Shown here: positions 13,301 through 34,237 of the stretch, piece by piece
Position numbering within the stretch: position 1 is the stretch's first letter
Layout of the letters: each line of letters opens with the position of its first letter
Assembly (NCBI GenBank): GCA_038087875.1
Contig: JAXLNO010000259.1
Span: 62,001 to 126,000 of the forward strand
Direction of reading: 5' to 3'
Source: Malacoraja senta
Lineage: Eukaryota
DNA length: 64,000 bases
Made by a program: the position numbers and the translations under genes
The notes under the pieces: model-generated
The model's database searches: none
Told to the model about the DNA's origin: nothing
Seen by the model: only the letters and a program-made list of their open reading frames with translations

Positions 13301-13441
13301 TTATAATTTCATATCAAGCTTTTCAAAATAAAAAGAATAAGAATGAACAAAGACAGTTAGAAGAACTTATTAGACAAATGGATATAGATAATGCTAAAGA
13401 TCCATCAATAGATAAACATAATAAAATAATAATTTTGAAAT
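10319..13441 (+). mobile_element. L1-clade LINE, 5'-intact and 3'-truncated (ORF1 plus endonuclease; no RT)
   Basis: Starts GACTTCCGG. ORF1 is 10511-11626. ORF2 from 12386 (FLQETH, NIYAPN, GGDFN, YSRIDY, SDHSP) carries a stop and a frameshift and ends abruptly in the GT tract. Confidence 0.92.
10511..11626 (+). CDS. L1 ORF1p (coiled coil, RRM, CTD), open 371-aa frame
   Basis: Long heptad-rich region, then DLEARSRRQNLRILGVSEG, IEVAHRV, PRHVIVKF, IFRDYP, GIFYPAKMRI. Confidence 0.85.
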   Translation: MSNLPPAVSPQRTVKMLLRDQKNPEAEVTSEVSEVSEVAAEMDTRSKKEFDDWKKSVKNMKDEILDENKIMMENMKENMKEDKKEIKENMAKMMEGMEKMMRDLNAGNQKNMIDSLDIMNKRIDAVKDGLSERMDKMDVTTTDKFTAVLETVAASMRTITELEKNTARVVEDMAKMRQEHEQMRRENELTSLQMVTQLEKVSVKCLDLEARSRRQNLRILGVSEGAEGEDVREFAMGLFKQLLNLSKEPKIEVAHRVPRFKQKSGAGKTYPRHVIVKFRDILELEDIMSKIKYGVQLRLDNDTIKIFRDYPYEIVQKGNKFEKVKDLLRGREGIRYGIFYPAKMRISFKGLEKSFVKPEDAFKYAQTIVEK

Positions 13442-13940
13442 GTGTGTCTGTCTGTGCGTGCGTATGTCTGTACATATGTCTGTCTGTGTGTGTATGTCTG
13501 TGTGTGTCTGTCAATCTCTGTCTGTGTGAGTGTCTGTGTGAGTATCTGTGTATGTGTGAGTGTCTGTGTATGTGTCAGTGTCTGTGTGTGAGTGGCTGTG
13601 TGTGTGAGAGTATCTGTCTTTGGGTATGTGTGTGTGAGTGTATGTGTGTCTGTCTGTGTCGGCCAGTGTATCTGTCTGTATGTCTGTCTGTGTATGTGAG
13701 TGTGTGTTTGTGGGAGTGTGTGTGTGTCGGTCTGTGTGTATGTGTCTGTGTGAGTGTGTGGGGTTCTGTGTGAGTGTGTGAGTGTTTGTACGTGTTTATG
13801 ATATGTGTATATCTTTGTGTTTCTGTGTATGTATGTGTGAGTGTGTCTTTGTGTGTGTGTATATGTTTGTGTGTATGTGTGTCTGTGTGTATGTGTGTCT
13901 GTGTGTATGTGTGTCTGTGTGTGTGTGTATGTGTGTGTGT
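13442..13940. repeat. Degenerate (GT)n microsatellite
   Basis: Direct inspection. Confidence 0.95.
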
Positions 13941-13970
13941 AAGTGCATTGTGTGCACCCTACTTGAAATG

Positions 13971-14215
13971 CTGTGAGGTTGGAGTTGCTGCCTGCACTCT
14001 GCTTGGAGTGCTGTGAGGTTGGACTTCCTGCCAACACTCCGCTTGGAAGGCTGTGAGGTTCGACTTGCTGCCTGCACTCTGGTTGGTGTGCTGTGAGGTT
14101 GGACTTGCTGCCTGCACTCTGCTTGGAGTGCTGTGAGGTTGCACCTGCCGCCTGCACTCTGCTTGGAGTACTGTGAGGTTGGATTGCAGCCTGCCCTCCG
14201 CTTCAAGTGCTGTGG
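13971..14215. repeat. 40-bp tandem repeat, about 6 copies
   Basis: CTGTGAGGTTGGACTTGCTGCCTGCACTCTGCTTGGAGTG units start at 13971, 14011, 14051, 14091, 14131 and 14171. Confidence 0.93.
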
Positions 14216-14464
14216 GAATGGATTTGCAGGCCTGCATTGCATGATGACCTTTGAGGTACATTGTCAGATGTTTTTGTGAAAATTTGACCGCACAATCTCT
14301 CAATATTAAAATTATCTTTTTGTCTATCAACAGCAAAGCCATCACGAGGCGGAAAGCCAATAAGAGTGCATGGTGGGTGGGGGGTTGAGGGGAGAAGGAC
14401 TGAATGCGTGGGGGAGGGGAATGGCAAGGAGCAGAGTGGGGCTGAAGGGAGGTGGGGGGTGATT

Positions 14465-15090
14465 GAGTGAACTGCCACCACACCAGCCGTTAGTGACTGA
14501 CTGCCAGCCCACCAGCCATGAGTAAGTGAACTGCCAGCCCACCAGCTGTAAGCGACTGAAGTGCCAGCCCACCAGCCGTGACCTAGTGAACTGCCAGCTC
14601 GCCAGCCATGACTCGCTGACCTGCAAGTCCAAAAATCGATTCAGTCCACAATGTGCATACTAGCCATCTGGAAACATGTCCCTTCAGCGCACAACACCCA
14701 TACTAGCGCTCCAGAGATCCACGCAAGAATATACTTTCCTCCTTCATTGTTGTCATCTGTACAAATGGATGCAAATGTCTAAAATTGATTGTCCACTCTC
14801 TCTCTCCACTTCTCTCTCACAGAGTCTGTCACCTGTTTTCGGCAGAATTTCAGGCATTTTTTCAGCTGCCAGCCTGCCAGGCCTGAGTTACTGAGTAGCC
14901 AGCTTGCCATGCCTGAGCGACTGAGCTGCCAGGCCTGAGTGTCTAAGCTGCCCGGCGTGAGTGCCTGCGCTGCCTGGCCTGATTGATTGAGCTGCGTGGC
15001 CTGAGTGACCGAGCTGCCTTGCCCGAGTGAATGAGCTGCCTGGCCTCAGCGATTGTGCTGCGAAGCCTGAGTGACTGAGCTGCCAGCCCA
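14465..15090. repeat. Two degenerate minisatellite blocks (GTGAACTGCCAGCCCACCAGCC; CCTGAGTGACTGAGCTGCC)
   Basis: Visible at ~14465-14620 and ~14870-15090. Confidence 0.75.
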
Positions 15091-15288
15091 AGAATCCAGT
15101 CGGCCCACAATGCCCATAATAGCCCTCAAGAATCAAGACCCTTCGACCCATAACAGCCATACTAGCGCTCCAGAAATCCACCCCACTACTGGCCAGCAAT
15201 ATTGGAATTGGTGGAGAGGTGGAATATTACATTGGGGGACCAGCCCTCACGTGTGAAGCTGGGACCTAACGGGTCCGACTTAGTGTAG

Positions 15289-15805
15289 TCTGTTATAAAC
15301 CCGCTGAATCCCACAGCTATCTGGACTACACTTCTTCCTACCCTGTTTCCTGTAATGATTATCCCATACTCACAATTCATCCATCTACACCGCATCTCTG
15401 CCTAAGATGAGATGTTCCATACCAGAACATCGGAGATGTCCTAATTCTTTATGGAATGGGAGGTCCTCTCTTACATCATAGATGAGGCCCAAACTAGGGT
15501 CTCTTCGATATCCCGCAGCTCCGCTCTTGCTTCTCCTAGTCGTAATGGACAGTCCCCCTAGTTCTCACCTTTCACCCATCAGCCATCGCATATATCGCAT
15601 AATCCTCCAACATTTTCGTCACCTCCAACGGGATCCCACCACTTGCCGCATCTTCCCATCCCAATCACTTTCCGCAGGGACCAGGCCCTCTGCAGCTCCC
15701 TCGTCGACTAGCCCGTTCCAACACAACCCCATCCCCTGGTACATTCCCCTGCAACTGCAGGAGATGCAATAACTATCCGTACACCTTCCCCCTTTGACTC
15801 AGTGC
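15289..15805 (+). mobile_element. Penelope-like element fragment (RT thumb and linker toward GIY-YIG)
   Basis: Decayed YKP..SHSYLDYTSS.P, IPYSQF..L.RI, PLVLTFHP..IILQHFRHLQRDPTT and PGTFPCNCRRC. Confidence 0.8.
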
Positions 15806-19194
<3,389 letters not shown>

Positions 19195-21545
19195 GATTCA
19201 GATTCAGATTCAGATTCGTATTCAGATTCAACTTTATTGTCATTGCGCAGTGTACAGTACAGAGACAACGAAATGCAATTAGCATCTCCCTAGAAGAGCG
19301 ACATAAATATGAGCAATAAACCAATCTAATAAATCCTGGTGGGTTGAGTGTCCGGGGGGGGGGGGTGATTGGCAGTCACCGAGGTACAGTGTTGAGTACT
19401 GTAACAGCCGCAGGGAAGAAGCTGTTGCTGAACCTGCTGGTCCGACAACGGAGAGACCTGTAGCGCCATCCGGATGGTAGGAGGGGTAAACAGTCTGTGG
19501 TTGGGGTGAGAGCAGTCCTTGGCAATGCTGAGCGCCCTTCGCAGACAACTCTTGCTTTGGACAAACTCAATGGAGGGGAGTGAGGAACCGGTGATGCGTT
19601 CGGCAATTTTCACCACCCTCTGCAGTGCTTTCCGGTCGGAGACAGAGCAGTTGCCATACCATACTGTGATACAGTTGGTAAGGATGCTCTCGATGGAGCA
19701 GCGGTAGTAGTTCACCAGAATCTGAGGAGACTGATGGACTTTCTTTAGTCTCCTCATGAAGAAGAGACGCTGGTGAGCCTTCTTGACCAGAGTTGAGGTA
19801 TTGTGGGTCCAAGAGAAATCATCGGAGATGTTGACCCCCAGGAACCTGAAGCTGGAAACACGTTCCACCTCCGTCCCGTTAACGTGGAGGTGTGCGTGTC
19901 GCCCCTAGACTTCCTGAAGTCTACAATGAACGCCTTGGTCTTCTTGGAGTTAAGGGCCAGGTTGTTGTCAGCGCACCATGCTGCTAGGAGCTGGACCTCC
20001 CCCCTATATTCCGACTCATCGTTGTTGCTGATGAGGCCAATCACCGTTGCAACATCTGCATACTTGATGATGGTGTTAGACCCATGTACAGGTGTCCAGT
20101 CGTAGGTGAAGAGGGAGTAGAGGAGGGGTCAGCAAACAGCCATGTGGAACGCCGCTGTTCAGGATGAGGGTTGAAGAGGTGTGCTTGTCTATCCTAACAG
20201 ACTGGGGTCTGTTAGTTAAAAAGTCCAGTATCCAGTTGCAGAGGGAGGGGTCGATGCCCAGGTCACCGAGTTTGGTGATCAGTTTAGAGGGTATGATGGT
20301 GTTGAATGCTGAGCTGTAATCGAGGAACAGCATTCTTACGTAAGTGTCTCTGTTGTCGAGGTGGGAGAGGGCTGAGTGAAGTGCCGTTGAGTTGGCATCC
20401 TCCGTACTCCTGTTCTTGCGGTAGGCAAACTGATAGGGATCCAATGTGGGGGGTAGGCAGCCTTTGAGGTGTGCCAGGACCAGCGTCTCGAAGCATTTGG
20501 CGATTATGGGAGTAAGTGCAACTGGGTGGAAGTCGTTGAGGCTTGCCGCAGTGGAGTGTTTTGACACCGGCACGATGGAGGTGGATTTAAGGCATGTGGG
20601 CACAACTGCTTGGGCAAGTGACAGGTTGAAGATATCAGTCCAGACGTCTGTCAACTGCGCAGCACAGGCCCTGAGGACGCGCCCGGGGATGCCGTCAGGT
20701 CCAGCAGCCTTACGTGCATTAGTCCTACTCAGTGCCACGTACATGTCGTAGGGGGCGAGTGTGAGGGGCTGGTGATCGGCAGGGAGCACCGCCTTGACGG
20801 CCATCTCTACATTGTCCCTATCGAAGCGGCCATAGAAGTGGTTAAGCTCCTCAAGGAAGGAGGCGTTGCTGGATGTGGGGGTGGTGTTGGTGGGTCTAAA
20901 GTCCGTGATGGCCTGGATGCCTTGCCACATGCGTCGTGGGTCGGGTTGTTGTTGAAGTGCTCCTCAATCCCTGAGCTTATGGCAGTGATTGGCCTTCTTT
21001 ATGCCCCTCTTCAGGTTAGCCCTGGATGAACTGTAGGCTCGGGCATCGCCTGAACTGAAAGCGGCATCCCGTGATTTCAGCAGTAGCCTGACCTCGCTGT
21101 TCATCCATGGCTTCTGATTCGGGAATATGGTCACCCGAGTGAGGGAGGTGACACTGTTGATGGTGGAGTTTATAAAGTCCAGAACAGAGGATGTACAGGA
21201 GTCAATGTCCGTGTGGGAGTCAAGGGTGGCCTGGGCTGCAAACGCCTTCTAGTCAGTGTTTCCAAAACACTGCCGAAGTGTGGAGTCCACCTCTTCTGAG
21301 CAGACTTTAACTGTCCTCACAGTGGGTTTAACCCGTCTGATGAGTGGGGAGTACTTTGGGAGCAGGAACAATGAGAGGTGATCAGACTGTCCAAGGCGGG
21401 GGAGGGGGCGGCTTTGTAAGCTTCAGCCATGTTGGTGTAGACTTTGTCCAGTGTCTTGTCTTCTCCAGTGGCGAAGGAGACATGTTGGTGGAATTTGGGG
21501 AGTACATTCTTCAGGTTGATTGAAGTCACCCGCAACAATGAAGCT
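19195..21545 (-). mobile_element. Rex1/Babar-clade LINE, decayed; 5' part runs into the gap
   Basis: MWQGIQAIT..LNHFYGRFD..KAAGPDGIPGRVL..LDPYQFAYR..YVRMLFLDYSSAFNT, FRFLGVNISDD, YYRCSIESILTNCITVWYG. 3' end AATAAAG followed by a (TGAATC)n tail. Confidence 0.88.
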
Positions 21546-21745
21546 NNNNNNNNNNNNNNNNNNNNNNNNNNNNNNNNNNNNNNNNNNNNNNNNNNNNNNN
21601 NNNNNNNNNNNNNNNNNNNNNNNNNNNNNNNNNNNNNNNNNNNNNNNNNNNNNNNNNNNNNNNNNNNNNNNNNNNNNNNNNNNNNNNNNNNNNNNNNNNN
21701 NNNNNNNNNNNNNNNNNNNNNNNNNNNNNNNNNNNNNNNNNNNNN
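21546..21745. other. Assembly gap (200 N)
   Basis: Run of N; different elements lie on each side. Confidence 1.
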
Positions 21746-22377
21746 TTAAAATTGTACAAGGCATTGGTGAGGCCCAGTATGGAGTATGGAGTACAATTTT
21801 GGTCGCCTAATTATAGGAAGGATGTCAACAAAATAGCGAGAGTACAGAGGAGATTTACGAGAATGTTGCCTGGGTTTCAGCAACTAAATTACAGAGAAAG
21901 GCTGAACAAGTTAGGTCTTTATTCTTTGGACACGCAGAAGGTTAAGGGGGGACTTGATAGAGGTCTTTAAATGATGAGAGGGATAGACAGAGTTGACGTG
22001 GATACGCTTTTCCCATTGAGGTAGGCAAGAATCAAACAAGAGGACATGACTTGAGAATTAAGGGACAGAAGTTTAGGGGTAACATTAGGGGAAAACGTCT
22101 TTACTCAGAGAGTGGTAGCTGTGTAGAATGTGCTTCCAGTGGAAGTGGTGGAGGCAGGTTCGATTTGATCATTTAAAATAGATTGGATGGGTATATGGAC
22201 GGGAAAGGAATGGAGGGTTATGGTCTGAGTGCAGGTAGATGGGACTAGGGGGAAGTATTTTTTATTTTTTTTAATAAAAAAAATAATATAAAGGAAATTT
22301 TAAAAAAAAATGTTCGGCCGGACTTGAAGGGGCCGAGATGGGCCTGTTTCCGTGCTGTAATGGTTATATGTTATATG
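21746..22377 (+). mobile_element. CR1 LINE 3' fragment (family A, TGGTTATA-type tail)
   Basis: LYKALVRP.MEYGVQFWSP..VQRRFTRMLPG; same 3' end as the copies at 40290 and 41996. Confidence 0.9.
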
Positions 22378-25205
<2,828 letters not shown>

Positions 25206-27936
25206 AAATGAATTGATTCCTACACAGAGTCTTTTACTGAAGGTTATTATAATCACTAACACACTATGCAATAGCTGTCCGTGGTCATCACTGGAGCTAG
25301 AGAGCGGGCTGGAGGTGGGGACCTTACAATTATACGAGAGACAATGGGGAGTGCTTAGTAGTGGTGAGGTCACTATGTTAAAGGAACATGCACTGATCTA
25401 CATCCCTCCTCTTGGAAACAAAAGAATGGCAATACACAGAGCGACCACGGCTCATACGCTAGGATTACAAACCGCGCCGGGAACAGTTAATCGTGTCATA
25501 ACACAGCCAAGCGAGCTCCCCGTAACAGACAGGCGGCTTGACCAACCGGCCAGAGCGGGTGCGCAACCCGCATTCCCCCTCAACCGCAGGAGCAGAAGGG
25601 ACAGAGTCAGGGACAGAGGTGGGAGAGTTGGGCGGGGAACGAACCGGAGACGGCGGAGAACAGCGAGGCGAAACGGGCACGCTGGCAGGCGAGGCAGGGG
25701 AAAGAGGCTTGTGAGCGCGGGGCATAGAGAGCTGTGAGGGCAGTTTCCGCGACATGCGAGGAGTGACAGGGGCTGGCGGAGCCTCTGGCAGAATGGAAGG
25801 GATAGGTGGCTGAAACGGGTCCGTGGGAGGCGGAGGAGGCTCGTTGACGAGCAGGAGGTGCTGGCGTGACCGACGGTACATAGCGCCCTCATAGTCGACG
25901 AGGTATGACCGGGGAGAGCCGGCATTACCAACCACTACGGCCAGCCTGTAGTGCCCGGAGGGGGACTGCATCCGAACCACCTGGCCCGGGAACAGGCAAG
26001 GAAGCGGCCGGGCCGACTTGTCAAAGGAGCGCTTCTGGGTGGCTTTCTTCTCGGTGATGCGCTCTGTGACAGCGGCGGGGTTCTGGACCGAGGGTTTGAG
26101 GGACAGGGCGAGGTGGTCTAGTGGTGCGGGACATGAGGCGATGGGCAGGTGAACCGAGCGCGGGGTCGCGGGAAATGTTGCGGAGGTTGAGGAGGGCAAG
26201 GTAGAAGTCGGAATGTGAAAGGCGGCAGTGTTCCTGCAGCTCCTTGGCACTGCGGACGGCGCGTTCCGCAAGGCCGTTGCTCTGCGGATACCCAGGGCTG
26301 CTGGTGATGCGACGAAAGTTCCAACGGCAGCGAAGGCACGGAACTCGGCGCTGGAGAACTGGCTGCCGTTGTCCGATTGGAGGGTCACCGGGGATCCGAA
26401 GGTGCAAAAGTGGCGGCGAAGCTTCCCGATGACGGCGGCAGAGGTGATGGAAGCCAGCTGATCCACCTCAAACCAACTGGAGTATGAGTCCACCAGGACC
26501 AGGAAGTGCTTGCCACGCCATTCGAAAAGGTCCGTGGCAACAGACATCCACGGTAGCTCGGGGGCCGGCTGCTGCAGGAGGGGCTGGCGCTGCTGATGAG
26601 GCAGGAGACTGTTAAAGGCAGCGCAAACGGAGACCCTGTCACGGATGTCCTGAGCCATACCTGGCAAGTAGAATTGGCTCTGGGCCTGGGACAAAATGGC
26701 CTCCACCCCAGGGTGGCCGTTGTATGCAGATTGAAAATAGTGATCTCGCAGAGCGGCCGGCACCACGACCTTGTGACCCTTCACCACCACGCCGTCGTGT
26801 AGCACCAGTTCATCACGAACCAGGAAGTAGGGCACGGCACCAGCCGGCAGGGAAGAGCGTCGGTCAGGCCAACCACGGCGGATAACGTCCGCAAGTTGTT
26901 GCAGGGCAGGATCATCAGCAGTGTGTTTGACCAGGGACTGCATCTGCTGGGAAGGAACATGTTAACGTTCAGTACCATCAGGTCAGTCGATTCGTACGGG
27001 TGGCGGGCAAGTGAAGGGAGCGGCGCACGGTACAATGTGTCGGCCACAAACATATATTTGCCCTTGCGGTACACAATGCGGAACGTGAAACGCTGGAGCT
27101 GCAGCATCATCCGCTGCAACCGCGAAGAGGCGACATGGATAGGCTTGTTCAGAATAGTGACCAGCGGCTGGTTGTCAGTCTCAATGGTGAAGGTGTTGCC
27201 CAGAATGTAATCCTTAAACTTGGAGCAGGCGAACACCACGGCAAGTAGCTCCTTCTCGATCTGGGCATAACGTTGCTCGGCACGGGTCATGGTGCGAGAA
27301 GCGTAGGAGACAGGTAGCTGCAGGCCGTCATAAAGCTGCAGACATGCGGCACCGAGACCGAACTTAGAGGCATCACAAATGAGGACAATTGGTCCGTGCA
27401 GATCGAAGAACTTGAGAGTCGGTGTGTGTGTGAGCTTGGACTTCAGAGCCACGAACGCCGACTGGTGATGCGGGAGCCAGACCCATGCGGAGTCCTTCTT
27501 GATCAGCTCCCTCAGGGGAGCACTCAGTTCGCTGAGGTCAGGTATGAACTTCCCCAGGTAATTGATCATGCCCAGGAAGCGTTGCAGGCTGGGAACGTCA
27601 GTAGGAGTGGACATCTCGGTGACTGCTGATGTTTTCTGGGGGTCAGGCTTTAAACCCCCCGCCGTGAAAACGTGACCAACGTAAGTGACTTCCGGGACCC
27701 GGAACCGACACTTCTTGGGGTTGAGCTTGAGGTTGATTTTACGAGCCCTGTCCAGGACTTTGCGGAGGTGCAGGTCGTGCTCAGCGACGTCCCTCCCGTA
27801 CACCAGGATGCCTTCCACGATGATAGCGCACGGCAACCCAGCGAACAGCTGTTCCATGGTGCGCTGCAAAACCTCACGAGCCGACAATGGGGAGTTGTTA
27901 GTAGTGGTGAGGTCAATATAAGAACATGCACTGGTC
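25206..27936 (-). mobile_element. Ty3/Gypsy LTR retrotransposon remnant (partial RT, RNase H, integrase, PPT, 3' LTR)
   Basis: LQRFLGMINY, CDASKFGLGA, YAQIEKELLAV, GHPGVE..C, DLFEW..VDSYSSW, SDNGSQF, YPQSNGLAERAV. PPT AAGAGGAGGGA at 25413-25403, then LTR start TGTAG at 25402. A 54-bp LTR stub lies at 27883-27936. Confidence 0.92.
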
Positions 27937-29520
<1,584 letters not shown>

Positions 29521-29529
29521 TTAATAGAT

Positions 29530-32500
29530 TCATGATCAGGTCCTGTGGATTGGAGGATAGCTAATGTTATCCCACTTTCCAAGAAAGGAGCGAGAGAGAA
29601 AACGGGGAATTACAGACCAGTTACCCTGACTTCGGTGGTGGGAGAGATGGTGCAGTCAATTATTAAAGAGGTAATAATGGGGCATTTGGATTGCAGTAAA
29701 AGGATTAGTCCAAGTCCCAATTAGTTCTAAAAGGATTGTCGGTGGATATGCAATGGAAGGCATTTAAAGACTGCATGGATGAACTACAAAAATTGTTCAT
29801 CCCAGTTTGGCAAAAGAATAAATCAGGGAAGGTAGTGCATCCGTGGATAACAAGGGAAATCAGGGATAGTATCAAAGCAAAAGATGATGCGTACAAATTA
29901 GCCAGAAAAAGCAGCATACCAGAGGACTGGGAGAAATTCAGAGACCAGCAGAGGAGGACAAAGGGCTTAATTAGGAAAGGGAAATAGATTTTGAAACAAA
30001 ACTGGCAGTGAACATAAAAACTGACTGCAAACGTTTTTATAGATATGTGAAGAGAAAGAGATTATTTAAAACAAATGTAGGTCCCTAATGCAGTCAGAAA
30101 CGGGTGAATTGATCATGGGGAACAAGGATATGGCAGACCAATTGAATAACTACTTTGGGTCCGTCTTCACTAAGGAAGACATAAATAATCTGCCATAAAT
30201 AGCAGGGGGCCGCGGGTCAAAGGAGATGGAGGAACTGAGTGAAATCCAGGTTAGTCGGGAAGTGGTGTTGGGTAAATTGAATGGATTAAAGGCCGATAAA
30301 TCACCAGGGCCAGATAGGCTGCATCCCAGAGTACTTAAGGAAGTTGCTCCAGAAATAGTGGATGCATTAGTGATATTTTTTCAAAACTCTTTAGATTCTG
30401 GAGTAGTTGCTGAGGATTGGAGGGTAGCAAACGTAACTCCACTTTTTAAGAAGGGAGGGAGAGAGAAAACGGGGAATTACAGACCAGTTAGTCTAACATC
30501 GGTAGTGGGGAAACTGCTAGAGTCACTTATTAAAGATAACGGGTGCTTTTCACAATGGCAGGCAGTGACAAGTGGGGTACCGCAAGGCTCAGTGCTGCGA
30601 CCCCAGCTATTTACAATTTATATTAATGAACTGGATGAGGCAACATCTACAAGTTTGCGGATGACACTAAGCTGGGGGGCAGTGTTAGCTGTGAGGAGGA
30701 TGCTAGGAGACTGCAAGGTGACTTGGATAGGCTGGGTGAGTGGGCAAATGTTTGGCAGATGCAGTATAATGTGGATAAATGTGAGGTTATCCACTTTGGT
30801 GGCAAAAACAGGAAAGCAGACTATTATCTATATGGTGGCCGATTAGGAAATGGGGAGATGCAGCGAGACCTGGGTGTCATGGTACACCAGTCATTGAAAG
30901 TAGGCATGCAGGTGCAGCAGGCAGAGAAGAAAGCGAATGGTATGTTAGCTTTCATAGCAAAAGGATTTGAGTATAGGAGCAGGGAGGTTATGCTGCATTT
31001 GTACAGGGTCTTGGTGAGACCACACCTGGAGTATTGCGTACAGTTTTGGTCTCCAAATCTGAGGAAGGACATTATAGCCATAGAGGGAGTGCAGAGAAGG
31101 TTCACCAGACTGATTCCTGGGATGTCAGGACTTTCATATGAAGAAAGACTGGATAGACTTGGCTTATACTCGCTAGAATTTAGGAGATTGAGAGGGGATC
31201 TTATAGAAACGTACAAAATTCTTATGGGGTTGGACAGGCTAGATGCAGGAACATTGTTCCCGATGTTGGGGAAGTCCAGGACAAGGGGTCACAGCTTAAG
31301 GATAAGGGGGATATCCTTTAAGACCGAGATGAGGAAAAACGTTTTCACACAGAGAGTGGTGAATCTCTGGAACTCTCTGCCACAGAGGGTAGTTGAGGCC
31401 AGTTCATTGGCTATATTTAAGAGGGAGTTAGATGTGGCCCTTGTGGCTAAGGGGATCAGGGGGTATGGAGAGAAGGCAGGTACGGGATACTGAGTTGGAT
31501 GATCAGCCATGATCATATTGAATGGCGGTGCAGGCTCGAAAGGCCGAATGGCCTACTCCTGCACCTATTTTCTATGAATCTATGTATCTAACATGGATTT
31601 ATGAAAGGGAAATCATGCTTGATTAATCTTCTAGAATTTTTTGAGGATGTGACAAGTAAAATGGATGAAGGGGTGCCAGTATGTAGACTTTCAGAAAGCC
31701 TTTGATAAGGTCCCGCACGGGAGACTGGTGACTAAAATTGGAGCAAATGGTGTTGGGGGTAGGGTGTTGACATGGATAGAAAATTGGTTGGCAGACCGGA
31801 AGCAAAGTGTAGGAGTGAACGGGTCCTTTTCACAATGGCAGGCAGTGGCGAGTGGAGTGCCGCAAGGCTCGGTGTTAGGGCCGCAACTGTTTACCATATA
31901 TATTAATGATTTGGAAGAGGGAACTAGGAGCAACACTAGCAAGTTTGCGGATGACACAAAGCTGGGTGGCAGAGTGAGCTGTGAAGAGGATGTTAGGAGG
32001 CTGCAAGGTGATCTGGACAGGTTGAGCGAGAGGACAGATGCGTGGCAGATGCAGTATAATATAGATAAATGTGAAGTTATCCAATTTGGCGGCAAAAACA
32101 AGGGGAAGATTATTATCTCAATGGGGTTAGATTAGGTAAGGGGAAGGTGCAGCGAGACCTGGGCGTTCTTGTACCTGCGGTCACTGAAAGTTGGCTTACA
32201 GGTACAGCAGTCAGTGAAGAAAGCTAATGGAATGTTGGCCTTCATAACAAGAGGATTACAGTATAGATGTAAAGAGGTTCTTCTGCAGTTGTATAGGGCT
32301 CTGGTGAGACCACATCTGGAGTATTGTGTACAGTTTTCGTCTACTAATTTTGAGAAAGGACATCTTTATGATTGAAGCAGTAGGTTAACGAGATTGATCC
32401 CTGGGATGGCGGGACTGTCAAATGAGGAAAGATTGAAAAGACTAGGCTTGTATTCACTGGAGTTTAGACGGATGAGGGTGGATCTTATAGGAACATATAA

Positions 32501-32875
32501 AATTATAAAAGTACTGGACAAGCGAGATGCAGAAAAAACGTTCCCAATGTTGGGCGAGTCCAGAACCAGGGGCCACAGTCTTAGTATAAAGTGGAGGTCA
32601 TTTAAGGCTGAGGTGAGAAAAACGTTTACACCCAGAGTGTTGTGAATTTATGGAATTCCCTGCCACAGAGGGCAGTGGAGGCCATGTCACTGGATGGATT
32701 TATGAGAGAGTTAGATAGAGCTCTAGGGGCTAGTGGAATCAAGGGATATGGGGAGAAGGCAGGCACGGGTTATTGAAAGGGGACGATCAGCCATGATCAC
32801 AATGAATGGCGGTGCTGGCTCGAAAGACCGCATGGCCTCCTCCTGCAAGTAGTTTCTATGTCTCTATGATTCTAT
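29530..32875 (+). mobile_element. CR1 LINE (5'-truncated) split by a nested CR1
   Basis: 29530-29716 (DWRIANVIPL..NYRPV..RISPS) resumes at 31590 ([30 protein letters not shown]); ends in a TTCTATG-type tail. Confidence 0.85.
29717..31589 (+). mobile_element. CR1 LINE (family B), 5'-truncated and internally deleted, nested in another CR1
   Basis: [24 protein letters not shown] joined by deletion to [21 protein letters not shown]; tail TTCTATG. Confidence 0.9.

Positions 32876-34237
<1,362 letters not shown>

Larger units (their letters stand above)
7730..15288 (+). mobile_element. Probable non-autonomous Helitron-like element carrying satellite and microsatellite arrays; 5' boundary uncertain
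   Basis: GC hairpin GGACCtaacgGGTCC (15262-15276) about 12 nt before a GTAG|T end (CTAG-like), directly abutting a Penelope fragment. The interior is made of tandem arrays. No Rep/helicase sequence seen. Confidence 0.4.

Noticed and set aside
9736..13976. VCVC/HTHT ORFs in the GT tracts
   Set aside because: Microsatellite translation artefacts.
13971..14215. 40-bp periodic repeat as a possible CRISPR array
   Set aside because: Head-to-tail units with no unique spacers, no cas genes, eukaryotic context.
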